Below are positions 9,809 through 19,955 of a stretch of 64,000 nt of DNA, piece after piece. The notes under the pieces were generated by a model. It saw only the letters and a list, made by a program, of their open reading frames with translations. It had not been told where the DNA came from and did no database searches. Source of the DNA: an uncultured delta proteobacterium. Lineage in GTDB: Bacteria > Myxococcota_A > Polyangia > Polyangiales > Houyiibacteriaceae. The position numbers and the translations under genes were made by a program. The stretch's first letter is position 1. Each line of letters opens with the position of its first letter. The stretch is taken from positions 1,248,001 through 1,312,000 of the forward strand of contig CAVOVB010000001.1 in assembly GCA_963699755.1 (NCBI GenBank). The letters run 5' to 3'.

Positions 9809-10339
9809 TCACCCGGCTTCGATCTGGCGTCGCATCGTGCTCAGGAGGTAGCGGTGAAACCAATGGCAGACCATTTTCTCCAGTGGCTTCCAGAGCCAAC
9901 GCGGCCACTTGCGGCTGAGGTAGCGGGTTTCGACCGCGACCTCGGTTTGGCCGTCGGGCAGGCCGCGCAAGGTGTAGCGGCCGCCGCACAGGCGCATGCC
10001 GCCCCCCACCGTCAGCGCTTGCTCGGCGACTTCGAACTCGTAGAGGTCGCCCTTTTCAATCTTCGTGATGCGCTTGAGGAGGTGCCCGTGTTCATAAAGG
10101 CAGGTCGCCTCATCACCGACCTCCGAGACTTTGCCCTCATTGCGGATCGGAACCGGCAAGAGCAAACGCAAGTGCCATGGCGGGCGCCCGCCGAGCTCCT
10201 CGTAGAACACGAGGCCGTTCCACACGCGCTCGGGCGGCGCCGCGAAAACCATTCGGGTGACGACCGACACAGGCTGCACGGCACTTGTGTCCGACTCGAC
10301 GAGCTCTTCGGCCACCGCGGCCTCCATCTCCTGGGTCAT
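9809..10339 (-). CDS. SRPBCC (START/polyketide cyclase-like) family protein
   Basis: AAPPERVWN motif; AAGGAG Shine-Dalgarno upstream of ATG 10339. Confidence 0.65.
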   Translation of the reverse strand: MTQEMEAAVAEELVESDTSAVQPVSVVTRMVFAAPPERVWNGLVFYEELGGRPPWHLRLLLPVPIRNEGKVSEVGDEATCLYEHGHLLKRITKIEKGDLYEFEVAEQALTVGGGMRLCGGRYTLRGLPDGQTEVAVETRYLSRKWPRWLWKPLEKMVCHWFHRYLLSTMRRQIEAG

Positions 10340-10446
10340 GACTTCGCTCCTTAACGGAGTTCCATAGGGCCAACAAGTGGTCAAAACACTCCCTTCCGTC
10401 CTCCGACTGGATGGCATGGCCCCGTCCCGCGTAGTAAGAGGCCGAG

Positions 10447-11154
10447 ATGGGCATGCTCGACCAACTCGACCTCGACGCCGTGAAGCGGCTCTACCGCGCC
10501 GACTTACCAGCGCCCGTGGACGTGCTCAACCTCATCCATTTCAAGGATGAGGAGGCTTACAAGTGGTATGGGCTCCTCACCCTGCCGCTCTTGAAGGTGG
10601 TGGGCGCCGAGGTCGGCTGGATGGGCGCTCACGTCGCGTCGCTCCTCGGCGAGTCGCGGGCCGATGAGCTGCTGGTCGTCCGGTACCCAAACCAGCGACG
10701 CTTCTTCGGCTTGGCGCTCAATCCTTACTACATGCTGGTCGCAAATCCGCAGCGCATGAAGGCGGTTCGCAAGTTCGAGGCCTCGTTTACACACTCGTTC
10801 GACTCGCTCGACGACTTGCGCCGCTGCAAGTGGGTGCTGGCGCTGCACTTCCATCAGGCGCCCGATGCGGTGCAGAGCATCGTGGAATCAGCCGGCGGCA
10901 AGCTCGTGTACCAGAGCAACGAAACCTCGTCCATCGTGATTAGCAAGCGCCCTCATCCTGCGAACACCAATCCACTCGTGTTCAAACGCACGGCTCTCTT
11001 TCGCTTCGAAGACCAGCAGAGCTGCGAGGCGGCGATGCGGCCGGAGGTTGTGAGCCAGCTTCAGGAGGCCGGCGGCGATGCATCGGTCCAGCTCTACCGT
11101 CGGGTCCCGCGAAGCAAGGCCCTGCCTGCTGAGCTCGGGAAGCTACTGCGTTGA
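10447..11154 (+). CDS. DUF1330-like dimeric alpha+beta barrel protein
   Basis: VLNLIHF..EAY..Y....GAEV.W....D.LLVVRYP pattern; divergent from the SRPBCC gene. Confidence 0.6.
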   Translation: MGMLDQLDLDAVKRLYRADLPAPVDVLNLIHFKDEEAYKWYGLLTLPLLKVVGAEVGWMGAHVASLLGESRADELLVVRYPNQRRFFGLALNPYYMLVANPQRMKAVRKFEASFTHSFDSLDDLRRCKWVLALHFHQAPDAVQSIVESAGGKLVYQSNETSSIVISKRPHPANTNPLVFKRTALFRFEDQQSCEAAMRPEVVSQLQEAGGDASVQLYRRVPRSKALPAELGKLLR

Positions 11155-11205
11155 ATTTCGCTCGAAGTTGCGCCAGCAGATGCGACTCCTTATCGTGACG
11201 ATCGC

Positions 11206-12465
11206 GTGTCCGAGGGTAGGCCCAAAGTCTCAATTGGTGTTCCCGTATACAACGGTGAAGCGACGCTGCCCGACGCCTTGGCGAGCCTCGCTGCGCAGAC
11301 CTTCGAGGACTTCGAGGTCGTCATGTGCGACAACGACTCGAGCGATGGGACCGAAGCGATTTGCCGCGCCTGGTCGGAACGCGACCCTCGCTTTCGCTAC
11401 TGCCGAAACGTAGAGAACTTGGGCGCTGCCGGCAATTTCAACCGGACATTCGAGCTCTCTCGGGGAGAGTATTTCAAGTGGCACGCAGCGGATGACACCC
11501 TCGAACCGGACTACCTTCGCGTTTGCGTAGAAGCCTTTCGCAGCGCACCCGACAGCGTCATCCTGTGCTTTCCCAGGCGCCGATTCCTGAGGCCAGATGG
11601 CTCCTTCGCCGGAGATTGCAGCTTCGAGCTCCCTCGGCTCGTCGACGGTCCAACACGCGAGATCCGAACGATCCGCTATGCGGAGCTTCTTCGCCTGGGT
11701 GATCAGCACGCTCCGGCCATCGTGTTCGGTCTGATTCGAAGCGAGGTTCTTAGGCGCACCGGTTTGATACGGCCTTTCAAGGCCGCTGACGTCGTTCTCA
11801 ATGCGGAGCTCGCGCTCTACGGCGAGCTCTGGCAGCTCCCCGAGCCTCTGTACAATCAGCGCATGCATCCTCCCAACTCGGCACGTGCGCGCATGTCGGA
11901 AGAAGAAGAAGCGCGCTGGTACGACCCTGCGGCTTCAACGGGCACCGCCAACCTCGCCTGGCACCTGTTTCGCGAGCACGCCCGTTGCATTCGTCAGTCC
12001 GAGATCCCGCTCCGTCAAAAAGCGGCTCGCCTGCGCGACCTCGCCTCGTTTCCGCCTGCAAGAGCGCAGATCGCGTTCAATCTGGCACTGGGCGAGGCCG
12101 AGTATCGTCTCATCCAGAGCCTCTCCGATCGGTCCCAGCCCAAGATCAAGACGCTGAAGGCATGGATGCTCTATCAACGCTTGCGCAGGGCCGCTCTCCC
12201 GCGCTGGAAGGGGGTTGCCGATCAGGTGACAGGGGCCGATGAAGAAACCGTCTTACAGCATTTTCTAACCCTCTGCGTAGACACCGGGCATCCGCTTGCG
12301 GTCTCTGTCGTGCTCCGCTGGCTCGAGGACCGTGACAGCCACAAAGCCCACGCAGCGGCCGGTACCATCGCTGAGCGTTCCGAGTTGTTTCGAAGCCTCG
12401 CGCGCGATGGTTTCGGCAGCGAGCTTCAAGCATCGCTCGACGAAGCTTTGGCGGGTTCGAGCTAG
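11206..12465 (+). CDS. Glycosyltransferase family 2
   Basis: VSIGVPVYNGE, DNDSSDGT, ENLGAAGNFN, YFKWHAADD motifs. Confidence 0.9.
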   Translation: MSEGRPKVSIGVPVYNGEATLPDALASLAAQTFEDFEVVMCDNDSSDGTEAICRAWSERDPRFRYCRNVENLGAAGNFNRTFELSRGEYFKWHAADDTLEPDYLRVCVEAFRSAPDSVILCFPRRRFLRPDGSFAGDCSFELPRLVDGPTREIRTIRYAELLRLGDQHAPAIVFGLIRSEVLRRTGLIRPFKAADVVLNAELALYGELWQLPEPLYNQRMHPPNSARARMSEEEEARWYDPAASTGTANLAWHLFREHARCIRQSEIPLRQKAARLRDLASFPPARAQIAFNLALGEAEYRLIQSLSDRSQPKIKTLKAWMLYQRLRRAALPRWKGVADQVTGADEETVLQHFLTLCVDTGHPLAVSVVLRWLEDRDSHKAHAAAGTIAERSELFRSLARDGFGSELQASLDEALAGSS

Positions 12466-13796
12466 GTGAACGTCAGCCCCGCCCAAACGACCAGGGCGGA
12501 GATCGCCAAGCCTGCGAGATCATACATCGGTAGCCATACGCGATAGCGTATCGAGATCCAGACTTGGAGCGGGTAGTAGACCACGTAGGAAACGGCGATC
12601 GCGATGATCAGACCCTTCGCCCCCGCAAGATAGCCGCCAAGCACCATCCCCGGGAGCAGAACGGCCGCCCGAATCGCCACGGCGACGAGTCCAACCCAGG
12701 ACTCTCCACGTGCAAGATGAATCGGTCCGACCGCGCCGATGACGAAGAAGAAAGAGCCCGCGCTGATGATTTGAACCATCCAGCCCGCATCCCAGTAGCG
12801 CTCATCCCAGAGAAACTCGACGATATCGTCGCCGAAGACGATGAGAATCCAGATTGCAGGCAGAAAGAGACCCATCCGAACGAGCCTGTAGCGCGCGATG
12901 CGACTGAGCAGCTCGGGCGTCGTGGTCTTTCCGACGCGAGAGTAGATCGGGAACAAGACCGTTTCATCGACCTTGTTCGTGACGTCCTCGACTTGGCGGG
13001 CCACCAGGGCCGCGATTGAATAGACCCCGAGCTCACCCATGCTCATGAACGCGCCCATGACGAGTCGATCGCCTTGGCCGAGCATATAGGCAAGGAGGGA
13101 GCTGAGGAAGATCCAGCGACCAAAGACCGCCATGTCGCGGAGTGTTTCGCGCTCCCAGTGGAAGCGCGGCATGCGACCGTCGCTCAGAACGTAGCTCAGC
13201 ACGGTCCAGATGAGACTTGCCACGACGCCGCCAATCGCGAGCGGCCAAACCGAGCGCCAAAAATAGGCCAGCCCCAGCATTACCGCGACCCCGCCGATTT
13301 GCATGCTGAGCTCGACTAGCACCAGGGCGCGCAAGCCGAGCTGACGATTCAGAGTCATCAACGAGGTGTGCGCCAGGCCGCGCAGGATCGCGCTGCTCGA
13401 AGCCACGGGAATGAGCCACATGAGAAGCGGCTCGCCGTAGGCGCGGGAGATCGGATAGGCCAGAATGGAGGCAAACGCCCAGAGACTAAAGCCGCGTACG
13501 ACCTGAACGGTCCACGCCGTATCGAGGAAGGCCACGTCTTCGCGTTCGTGTTGGATGATCGACTGCGCGATGCCCACGTCCGAGAACATCTCGAGGCCGA
13601 TGATGACCGCGTTGACAATCGCCATCATTCCGAACGCATCGGGGAACAAGAGCCTCGTCAAAATGAGGTTCGCACCGAGTCGGATGACCTGCCCGATGAG
13701 CACGCCTGCGGCTGCCCAGGTAGACGCACTCAAGGCTGAAGCCCGAAACCGGGCTCCGCTTGCGGCTGCAGTTTCCCCTGATTGAGGCTGGCTCAT
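12462..13796 (-). CDS. wzx: Oligosaccharide flippase (Wzx/PST family)
   Basis: LILTRLLFPDAFG, SDVGI..SIIQ, LGVYSIA motifs; about 12 TM segments. Confidence 0.85.
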   Translation of the reverse strand: MSQPQSGETAAASGARFRASALSASTWAAAGVLIGQVIRLGANLILTRLLFPDAFGMMAIVNAVIIGLEMFSDVGIAQSIIQHEREDVAFLDTAWTVQVVRGFSLWAFASILAYPISRAYGEPLLMWLIPVASSSAILRGLAHTSLMTLNRQLGLRALVLVELSMQIGGVAVMLGLAYFWRSVWPLAIGGVVASLIWTVLSYVLSDGRMPRFHWERETLRDMAVFGRWIFLSSLLAYMLGQGDRLVMGAFMSMGELGVYSIAALVARQVEDVTNKVDETVLFPIYSRVGKTTTPELLSRIARYRLVRMGLFLPAIWILIVFGDDIVEFLWDERYWDAGWMVQIISAGSFFFVIGAVGPIHLARGESWVGLVAVAIRAAVLLPGMVLGGYLAGAKGLIIAIAVSYVVYYPLQVWISIRYRVWLPMYDLAGLAISALVVWAGLTFT

Positions 13797-14026
13797 CGCG
13801 AATCTGGACCGATCCTCCCGCCCGGCGCCCGGCGTATCCTTTGCGCGTCCATCTGGCAAGTAAGGACGATCACAATGCTTACAGCCTCGGTGATAGAGCT
13901 TACAAAAGCCAGGAACCCCATCTGGTTACACATTTGTGTTCAGGTACGCTACAGTTATGGACCTGCCTTGGCGCGCGCTTTCCCCGCGGCGCTAAGGGAC
14001 TAAGATCACATCGGAGACTGACACTG

Positions 14027-17000
14027 ATGCTCGCCTTCCAGCCTCGCAGCCGAACCGCGGCGCCGTTTGGATTTCTTCTGTCGTTGATGCTCGTCGCATG
14101 CTCTGGGAACGACGGCGCGGGTGGGGGCGACTTTGGGAGCAGCAGTGTCGCGCTAGGGTCCGCGCACGGGATCACTTCCGACGACTTCAGCACCGGCACG
14201 CTCGATACTCAGCGCTGGCAGGTGGTCGACCCGCAGGGCGATGGCACGGTGGCTTTGGTCGGCTCGGGCACGCCAGATGCCCATCTCCTCCTCTCGGTCC
14301 CGGCGGGCACCGTCCACGACCCATGGACGACCAACACGGCGCTTCGCGTGATGCAGCCGGCCGACAACGAAGACTTCGAGATCGAGGTCAAGTTCGAGTC
14401 GGAGCCGGCGCTCGCATACCAGAGCCAGGGGCTGTTGGTTCAGCAGAACGCCACCAACTACGTCCGTTTCGACGTGTTCAGCGACGGAAGCGCCTTCAAC
14501 GTCTTTGGCGCCGCGTTCACCAACGGATCACCGGCGATTCCGATTTACGCAGGCATCGCTTCGGCGCCGACGATTTACTTGCGCCTCGGGCGCAGTGGCA
14601 ACCAGTGGACGGCGCGATACTCCTATGACGGAACGAGCTGGACGACGGCAGGCACCTTCAATCACACCCTCACCGTCTCGTCCGTTGGCGTGTTCGCGGG
14701 GAACTTCGATCCGAACCCGGCTTACACGGTCGCAGTAGACTACTTCTACGAGACCAGCGTCCCCATCGTCGACGAGGATCCGGCGCTCTGCGATCCGGGC
14801 GACCAGCTGGTCCTGACGACACAGGCGAGCAACGGCACGATCCTTCGCAGCCCGGATCAAGCCACCTACGCCTGCGATTCGCTCGTCACACTGACCGCGC
14901 AGCCCGACCCGGGCGCGACATTCCTCGGCTGGGGTGGCGCACTGAGCGGTAATACGAATCCGACGGTCCTGACCATCAGCGCGGATACGACGGTGACCGC
15001 GAGCTTCCTGCTGGATCAAACCGCTCCTCAAATCAGCAGCGTCACCGCGGTAGCGGGTCAGACCTCCGCGACGGTGAGTTGGCAGACCGACGAGCTCAGC
15101 ACCGGCTTCGTCGAGTACGGTCTGACCGCCTCCTACGAGATCGGCTCAGTCGCATCGGCTACGCCTGCGACCGCCCATGCGGTGACTTTGCCTGCGCTCT
15201 CGGAAGGGACTCTTTATCATTACCGCGTCAACGCTGAGGACAGCTTCGCAAACAGTGGCAACACGGCGGACGCGACCTTCACGACCGGTACCAGTGGAAC
15301 CGGTGGGACTGGCGGCTCCGGCGGTAGCGCAGGCACGGGCGGCAGTGCGGGCTCGGGCGGAACCGGCGGAACAGTGCCGGGCGCCATCACCTCCGATGAC
15401 TTCCACACCGGCTCCCTGAACACAGGGGTCTGGCAAGTGGTCGACCCACAAGGCGACGGCACGGTGGAGCTGGTGGGCGCAGGGACGCCCGACGCACATC
15501 TCGTGCTCTCGGTGCCGGCCGGCACCGTTCACGATGCCTGGACGAGCAACACGACGCTCCGAGTCATGCAGCCGGCTGCCAACGAGGACTTCGAGATCGA
15601 GGCCAAGTTCGAATCGGAGCCGATGCTTGCGTTCCAGGGCCAGGGCTTGCTGGTTCAGCAGGACGCGACCAATTACATCCGCTTCGATGTCTTCAGCGAC
15701 GGTGGCTCTACCAACGTCTTTGGGGCCGCGTTCACCAATGGCTCACCCCAGATTCCGATCTACGGCGCAATCGCTTCGGCCCCGGCGATCTACTTGCGCC
15801 TCGGACGCAGTGGCAACCAGTGGACAGCGCGGTACTCCTACGACGGAACGAGCTGGACCACGGCCGGCACGTTCAACCACAGCCTGGCGGTTTCCTCGGT
15901 CGGGGTCTTTGCGGGCAACTTCGACCCCAACCCTGCCTACTCGGTGGCCGTCGACTACTTCTACGAGACCTCGGCTCCTATCGCTTCTGAAGATCCGCCA
16001 CTCTGTGATCCGGGCGACCAGCTGGTTCTGACGACGCAGGCCACGAACGGCACGATCCTTCGGAGCCCCGATCAGAGCAGCTATAGCTGCGGGTCCGAGG
16101 TGACTCTGATCGCGCAGCCCGCCGTGGGCGCCACCTTCCTCGGCTGGTCTGGGGCGCTGAGCGGGACGAGCAATCCTGCCGTCTTGACGCTCGACGCGGA
16201 CGCGACGGTGACCGCGAACTTCCTGCTGGACACGATTCCTCCACAGATCAACAACGTCAATGCAGCGGCCGGTCAAACCTCCGCGACGGTCAGCTGGCAG
16301 ACCAATGAGCTCAGCACGGGCTTGGTCGAATACGGCCTCACCGCCGCGTATGAAATTGGCGCTGCGGCCTCGGCCACGCTGGCGACGGCGCACGCGGTCA
16401 CCTTGCCCGGCCTCAGCGAAGGGACGCTCTACCACTACCGCGTCAGCGCGACCGACGCCTTCGGCAACGGCGGAAGCACGTTGGATGCGACCTTCACAAC
16501 CGACAGCACTGGCGGCGGCGGGAGCGGCGGCACGGGCGGGAGCGGCGGTACGGGCGGCAGCGGCGGCACGGGCGGGAGCGGCGGTACGGGCGGCAGCGGC
16601 GGCACGGGCGGGAGCGGCGGCACGGGTGGCAGCGGCGGCACGGGTGGCAGCGTAGGTTCGGGCGCGATCGTTTCCGATGATTTCCATAGCGGCGTCCTCG
16701 ACACGCAGCTATGGGAAATCGTCGATCCGCAAGCGGACGGGACTGTGACATTGGTCGGCGCCGGGACCTCGGACGCTCAGCTCTTGCTCTCGGTCCCAGC
16801 CGGCACCGTCCACGACCCATGGACGAGCAACACGGCGTTGCGAGTCATGCAGCCGGCCGCGGACGAAGACTTCGAGCTCGAGGTCAAGTTCGAATCCGAG
16901 CCGACCCTGGGGTTCCAGAGCCAAGGCCTCTTGGTCGAGGACGACGACTCGAACTACATCCGTTTCGACGTCTATAGCGACGGAAGCTCGCTCAACGTCT

Positions 17001-18748
17001 TCAGCGCAGCGTTCACCAATGGCTCGCCCTCGATAAAGGCTCAGCAGAGCATCGCCTCGGCATCGACGATCTACATGCGCCTGGGGCGTACCGCTAACCA
17101 GTGGACTGCGCGTTACTCCTACGACGGCGTGAGCTGGGCGACGGCGGCGAGCTTCTCGCATACGCTCACCGTTTGGTCGGTCGGCGTCTTTGCGGGCAAC
17201 TTCGATCCGAACCCCGCGTACACGGCGGTGGTCGACTACTTCTTCGAGACCTCCGCACCGCTCGTCCCCGAGGACGGCCCCCTGTGCAATCCGGGCGATC
17301 AGTTCACAGTGAGCACCTCGGCGATCGGACAAGGCACGGTGGCGCGAAATCCCGATCAGAGCGCCTACGCCTGCGGCTCCACCGTGACGCTCACCGCCCA
17401 ACCGGGTCCGGGTGCATCCTTCGTCGGCTGGGGCGGTGCGCTCTTCGGCATCACGAACCCGGCTGTTCTGACAGTGGAAGCGGATGCGACGGTGACGGCG
17501 GAGTTCCTGCTCGACTCGACCCCGCCGCTCATTAGCAACGTCAATACGACGCCGTTCGAAACCTCGGCCACGGTCACTTGGCAAACAGACGAAGGCACGA
17601 CTGGCTTCGTCGAGTACGGCCAGACGAGCTCGTACGAGTTGGGCTCCGTCGCCTCGAGCACCTCGTCGACGTCCCACACGGTATCGCTCCCCGGCCTTAG
17701 CGATGGCACCGTCTATCACTACCGCGTCACCGCAGAAGATGGCGCCGGCAACAGCTCGAGCACGGGCGATGGCGTCTTCACCACCGGTACGAGCGGCGGA
17801 GTCGGCGGACCGGTCATCGATGTCTGGTACGGGCCGTACCAGCGGTTTGGCGCGGCAGGCATGCCTCAGCGGTTCATCAACGTCCTGGGCAACGTCCAGG
17901 ACTTGGACGGTGTCGCCTCCCTCACCTACTCGCTCAACGGTGGCCCGGAGCTCCCGCTCACGCTGGGCCCGAACGGAAGCCGACTCGCGGCGTGGAACGA
18001 CTTCAACGTCGAGATCGGCTACGACGAGCTTTCGCCCGGCCTGAGCGACGTGACGATTCGCGCGCGCGACAACTTGGGCAATACCAGCGTCGAGTCAGTC
18101 CAGATCGACTATATCGACGGTGTGGTCACGCCCACCACCTACAGCATCGACTGGAACACGGTGAGCGATGTGTCGGACGTGGCGCAGATCGTCGACGGCA
18201 AGTGGTCACTCGAGAACGACGGCCTGCGGTGCATCGAGCCAGGTTATGACAGGCTGGTTGCGATAGGGGATTTGAGCTGGACCAATTACGAGGCGACCGT
18301 CGAGGCGACCCTCAATGCACCAATCGACCGCTTCCAGGCTCCGATCATCGGACTCGCCATCCGCTGGACCGGGCACTTCGACTGGAACGGTCAACAGCCT
18401 CGCCTTGGCTGGCATCCCCTCGGTGCCCTGATGGCCTACATTTGGCTTCACGACTTCTACTGGGGTCTCGCGACCTGGGAGAGCGATGGCTTCCAGTCCT
18501 TTGGCCCCGGGGTCACTCCTGCGCCTCAGGTCGGCGTCACTTACGTGTTGAAGATGCGCTCCGAACCTCTTCCAAACGGCGACATCGAATACAGCTACAA
18601 GATGTGGCCGAAGGGTCAGGCCGAGCCCAGTGCTTGGGGCATCACCTACGTCTCCGACCAGTCGCCGGTGGGCGGCTCGCTGCTGGTGGTTGCGCACTAC
18701 GTCGACGTCACAATTGGGAATGTTGCGATCGTACCTGTCGGCAATTAG
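14027..18748 (+). CDS. 1573-aa surface lipoprotein with three [DUF1349/ConA-like + InlB-B/Flg_new-like + FN3/PAP-N-like] modules and a distinct C-terminal region
   Basis: GGAG SD before ATG 14027; lipobox LMLVAC; three near-identical modules starting ITSDDF/IVSDDF; Gly-rich linkers. Confidence 0.8.
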   Translation: MLAFQPRSRTAAPFGFLLSLMLVACSGNDGAGGGDFGSSSVALGSAHGITSDDFSTGTLDTQRWQVVDPQGDGTVALVGSGTPDAHLLLSVPAGTVHDPWTTNTALRVMQPADNEDFEIEVKFESEPALAYQSQGLLVQQNATNYVRFDVFSDGSAFNVFGAAFTNGSPAIPIYAGIASAPTIYLRLGRSGNQWTARYSYDGTSWTTAGTFNHTLTVSSVGVFAGNFDPNPAYTVAVDYFYETSVPIVDEDPALCDPGDQLVLTTQASNGTILRSPDQATYACDSLVTLTAQPDPGATFLGWGGALSGNTNPTVLTISADTTVTASFLLDQTAPQISSVTAVAGQTSATVSWQTDELSTGFVEYGLTASYEIGSVASATPATAHAVTLPALSEGTLYHYRVNAEDSFANSGNTADATFTTGTSGTGGTGGSGGSAGTGGSAGSGGTGGTVPGAITSDDFHTGSLNTGVWQVVDPQGDGTVELVGAGTPDAHLVLSVPAGTVHDAWTSNTTLRVMQPAANEDFEIEAKFESEPMLAFQGQGLLVQQDATNYIRFDVFSDGGSTNVFGAAFTNGSPQIPIYGAIASAPAIYLRLGRSGNQWTARYSYDGTSWTTAGTFNHSLAVSSVGVFAGNFDPNPAYSVAVDYFYETSAPIASEDPPLCDPGDQLVLTTQATNGTILRSPDQSSYSCGSEVTLIAQPAVGATFLGWSGALSGTSNPAVLTLDADATVTANFLLDTIPPQINNVNAAAGQTSATVSWQTNELSTGLVEYGLTAAYEIGAAASATLATAHAVTLPGLSEGTLYHYRVSATDAFGNGGSTLDATFTTDSTGGGGSGGTGGSGGTGGSGGTGGSGGTGGSGGTGGSGGTGGSGGTGGSVGSGAIVSDDFHSGVLDTQLWEIVDPQADGTVTLVGAGTSDAQLLLSVPAGTVHDPWTSNTALRVMQPAADEDFELEVKFESEPTLGFQSQGLLVEDDDSNYIRFDVYSDGSSLNVFSAAFTNGSPSIKAQQSIASASTIYMRLGRTANQWTARYSYDGVSWATAASFSHTLTVWSVGVFAGNFDPNPAYTAVVDYFFETSAPLVPEDGPLCNPGDQFTVSTSAIGQGTVARNPDQSAYACGSTVTLTAQPGPGASFVGWGGALFGITNPAVLTVEADATVTAEFLLDSTPPLISNVNTTPFETSATVTWQTDEGTTGFVEYGQTSSYELGSVASSTSSTSHTVSLPGLSDGTVYHYRVTAEDGAGNSSSTGDGVFTTGTSGGVGGPVIDVWYGPYQRFGAAGMPQRFINVLGNVQDLDGVASLTYSLNGGPELPLTLGPNGSRLAAWNDFNVEIGYDELSPGLSDVTIRARDNLGNTSVESVQIDYIDGVVTPTTYSIDWNTVSDVSDVAQIVDGKWSLENDGLRCIEPGYDRLVAIGDLSWTNYEATVEATLNAPIDRFQAPIIGLAIRWTGHFDWNGQQPRLGWHPLGALMAYIWLHDFYWGLATWESDGFQSFGPGVTPAPQVGVTYVLKMRSEPLPNGDIEYSYKMWPKGQAEPSAWGITYVSDQSPVGGSLLVVAHYVDVTIGNVAIVPVGN
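14171..17785 (+). repeat. Intragenic triplication: units 14171-15286, 15386-16501 (372 aa each) and 16667-17785 (373 aa)
   Basis: Each unit runs from I[TV]SDDF to FTT and shares VVDPQ.DGTV, VGVFAGNFDPNPAY and LYHYRV/VYHYRV segments. Confidence 0.9.
16517..16651 (+). repeat. 18-bp coding tandem repeat (GGSGGT)x7 plus GGS
   Basis: Seven ggcgggagcggcggcacg-type units at 16517-16642 and a half unit to 16651. Confidence 0.95.
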
Positions 18749-18890
18749 GCTGAGGCTATGATTCGGTTCACCCCGACACTTCGGTGGTGCGCAGGGTTCC
18801 CTCTAGGATCTAGTCGACTTGGCAAGTGGAGGTCTCGATGAATCGGGCAACGGTTAGGGTGAGCTTCAAGCTGGCAGGCGCGGTGCGCTC

Positions 18891-19955
18891 ATGAAGGTTC
18901 TTGTCACTGGCCACAACGGCTACATCGGCGCGGTGATGGTCCCTTTCCTGCAGGCGGCGGGCCATGAAGTCGTCGGACTCGACACCTATCTGTTCGAGGG
19001 CTGCCACCATGGGCCCGCGCCCGTGGATCCGCCGGCGCTGCGAATGGATCTCCGCGACGTCAAGCCGTCCGACCTGGAGGGCTTCGATGCGGTGCTGCAC
19101 CTGGCGGCGCTCTCGAACGACCCGCTCGGCGATCTCAACAAGCAGTTCACCTACGACATCAATCTACACGCGTCTGTGAATCTTGCGAAGGCCGCGAAAG
19201 AGGCCGGCGTCGAGCGCTTCCTCTTCTCGTCGTCTTGCTCGCTCTACGGAAAGCCACCGAGCGACGACCCGGTCGATGAGACGGCGCCGTTCGGCCCCAT
19301 CACGCCATACGGGGAATCCAAGATCAGGGTCGAGCAAGAGGTCGCACCGCTCGCAGACGAGAGCTTCAGCCCGACCTATCTGCGGAACACGACAGCATAC
19401 GGATGGTCTCCGCAACTGCGCGGCGACATCGTGGTCAACAATCTGACGGCCTATGCCTTCATCACAGGGGAGGTTTTGATCAAGAGCGACGGCACTCCCT
19501 GGAGGCCATTGGTCCACGTCGAGGACATCTGTCGCGCATTCCTGGCGGTGATGGAAGCGCCGCGTGACGTCGTTCACAACCAGGCGTTCAACGTCGGACG
19601 GACCGACGAGAACTTCCAGATCTCCACCGTCGCAGACATGGTCGCGGAGATTGTACCCAACAGTAAGGTGGTCTACGCGCCGGGCGGCGAGCCGGATACT
19701 CGAAGCTACCGCGTCGACTTCTCGAAGATCGCGAATGCGCTCCCCGCTTCGAAGCCCGAGTGGACGGTTCGCAAGGGCATCCAGCAGCTACTCGAGGCCT
19801 ACCAGAGATACGGCCTGACACTCGAGCAGTTCGAGGGAACATACCTCCGCATTCGGCACCTGCAGCGACTGCTCAACGAAGGTCGCCTTGGAGATGGCAT
19901 TCGTTGGCAGACGCCCTCGGGAGCCACAGGCGACAGGAAACAGGGCAGACGATGA
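18891..19955 (+). CDS. NAD-dependent epimerase/dehydratase (extended SDR), NDP-sugar modifying
   Basis: [32 protein letters not shown] (YxxxK). Confidence 0.9.
   Translation: MKVLVTGHNGYIGAVMVPFLQAAGHEVVGLDTYLFEGCHHGPAPVDPPALRMDLRDVKPSDLEGFDAVLHLAALSNDPLGDLNKQFTYDINLHASVNLAKAAKEAGVERFLFSSSCSLYGKPPSDDPVDETAPFGPITPYGESKIRVEQEVAPLADESFSPTYLRNTTAYGWSPQLRGDIVVNNLTAYAFITGEVLIKSDGTPWRPLVHVEDICRAFLAVMEAPRDVVHNQAFNVGRTDENFQISTVADMVAEIVPNSKVVYAPGGEPDTRSYRVDFSKIANALPASKPEWTVRKGIQQLLEAYQRYGLTLEQFEGTYLRIRHLQRLLNEGRLGDGIRWQTPSGATGDRKQGRR

Noticed and set aside
16517..16651. Short regular repeats as a possible CRISPR array
   Set aside because: Contiguous 18-bp units without spacers, in frame as a Gly/Ser/Thr linker; no cas genes.
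18872..18886. TGGCAGGCGCGGTGC as a sigma54 promoter for the sugar operon
   Set aside because: GG-N10-GC spacing fits, but it ends 4 nt before the ATG, so the start site would fall inside the CDS.
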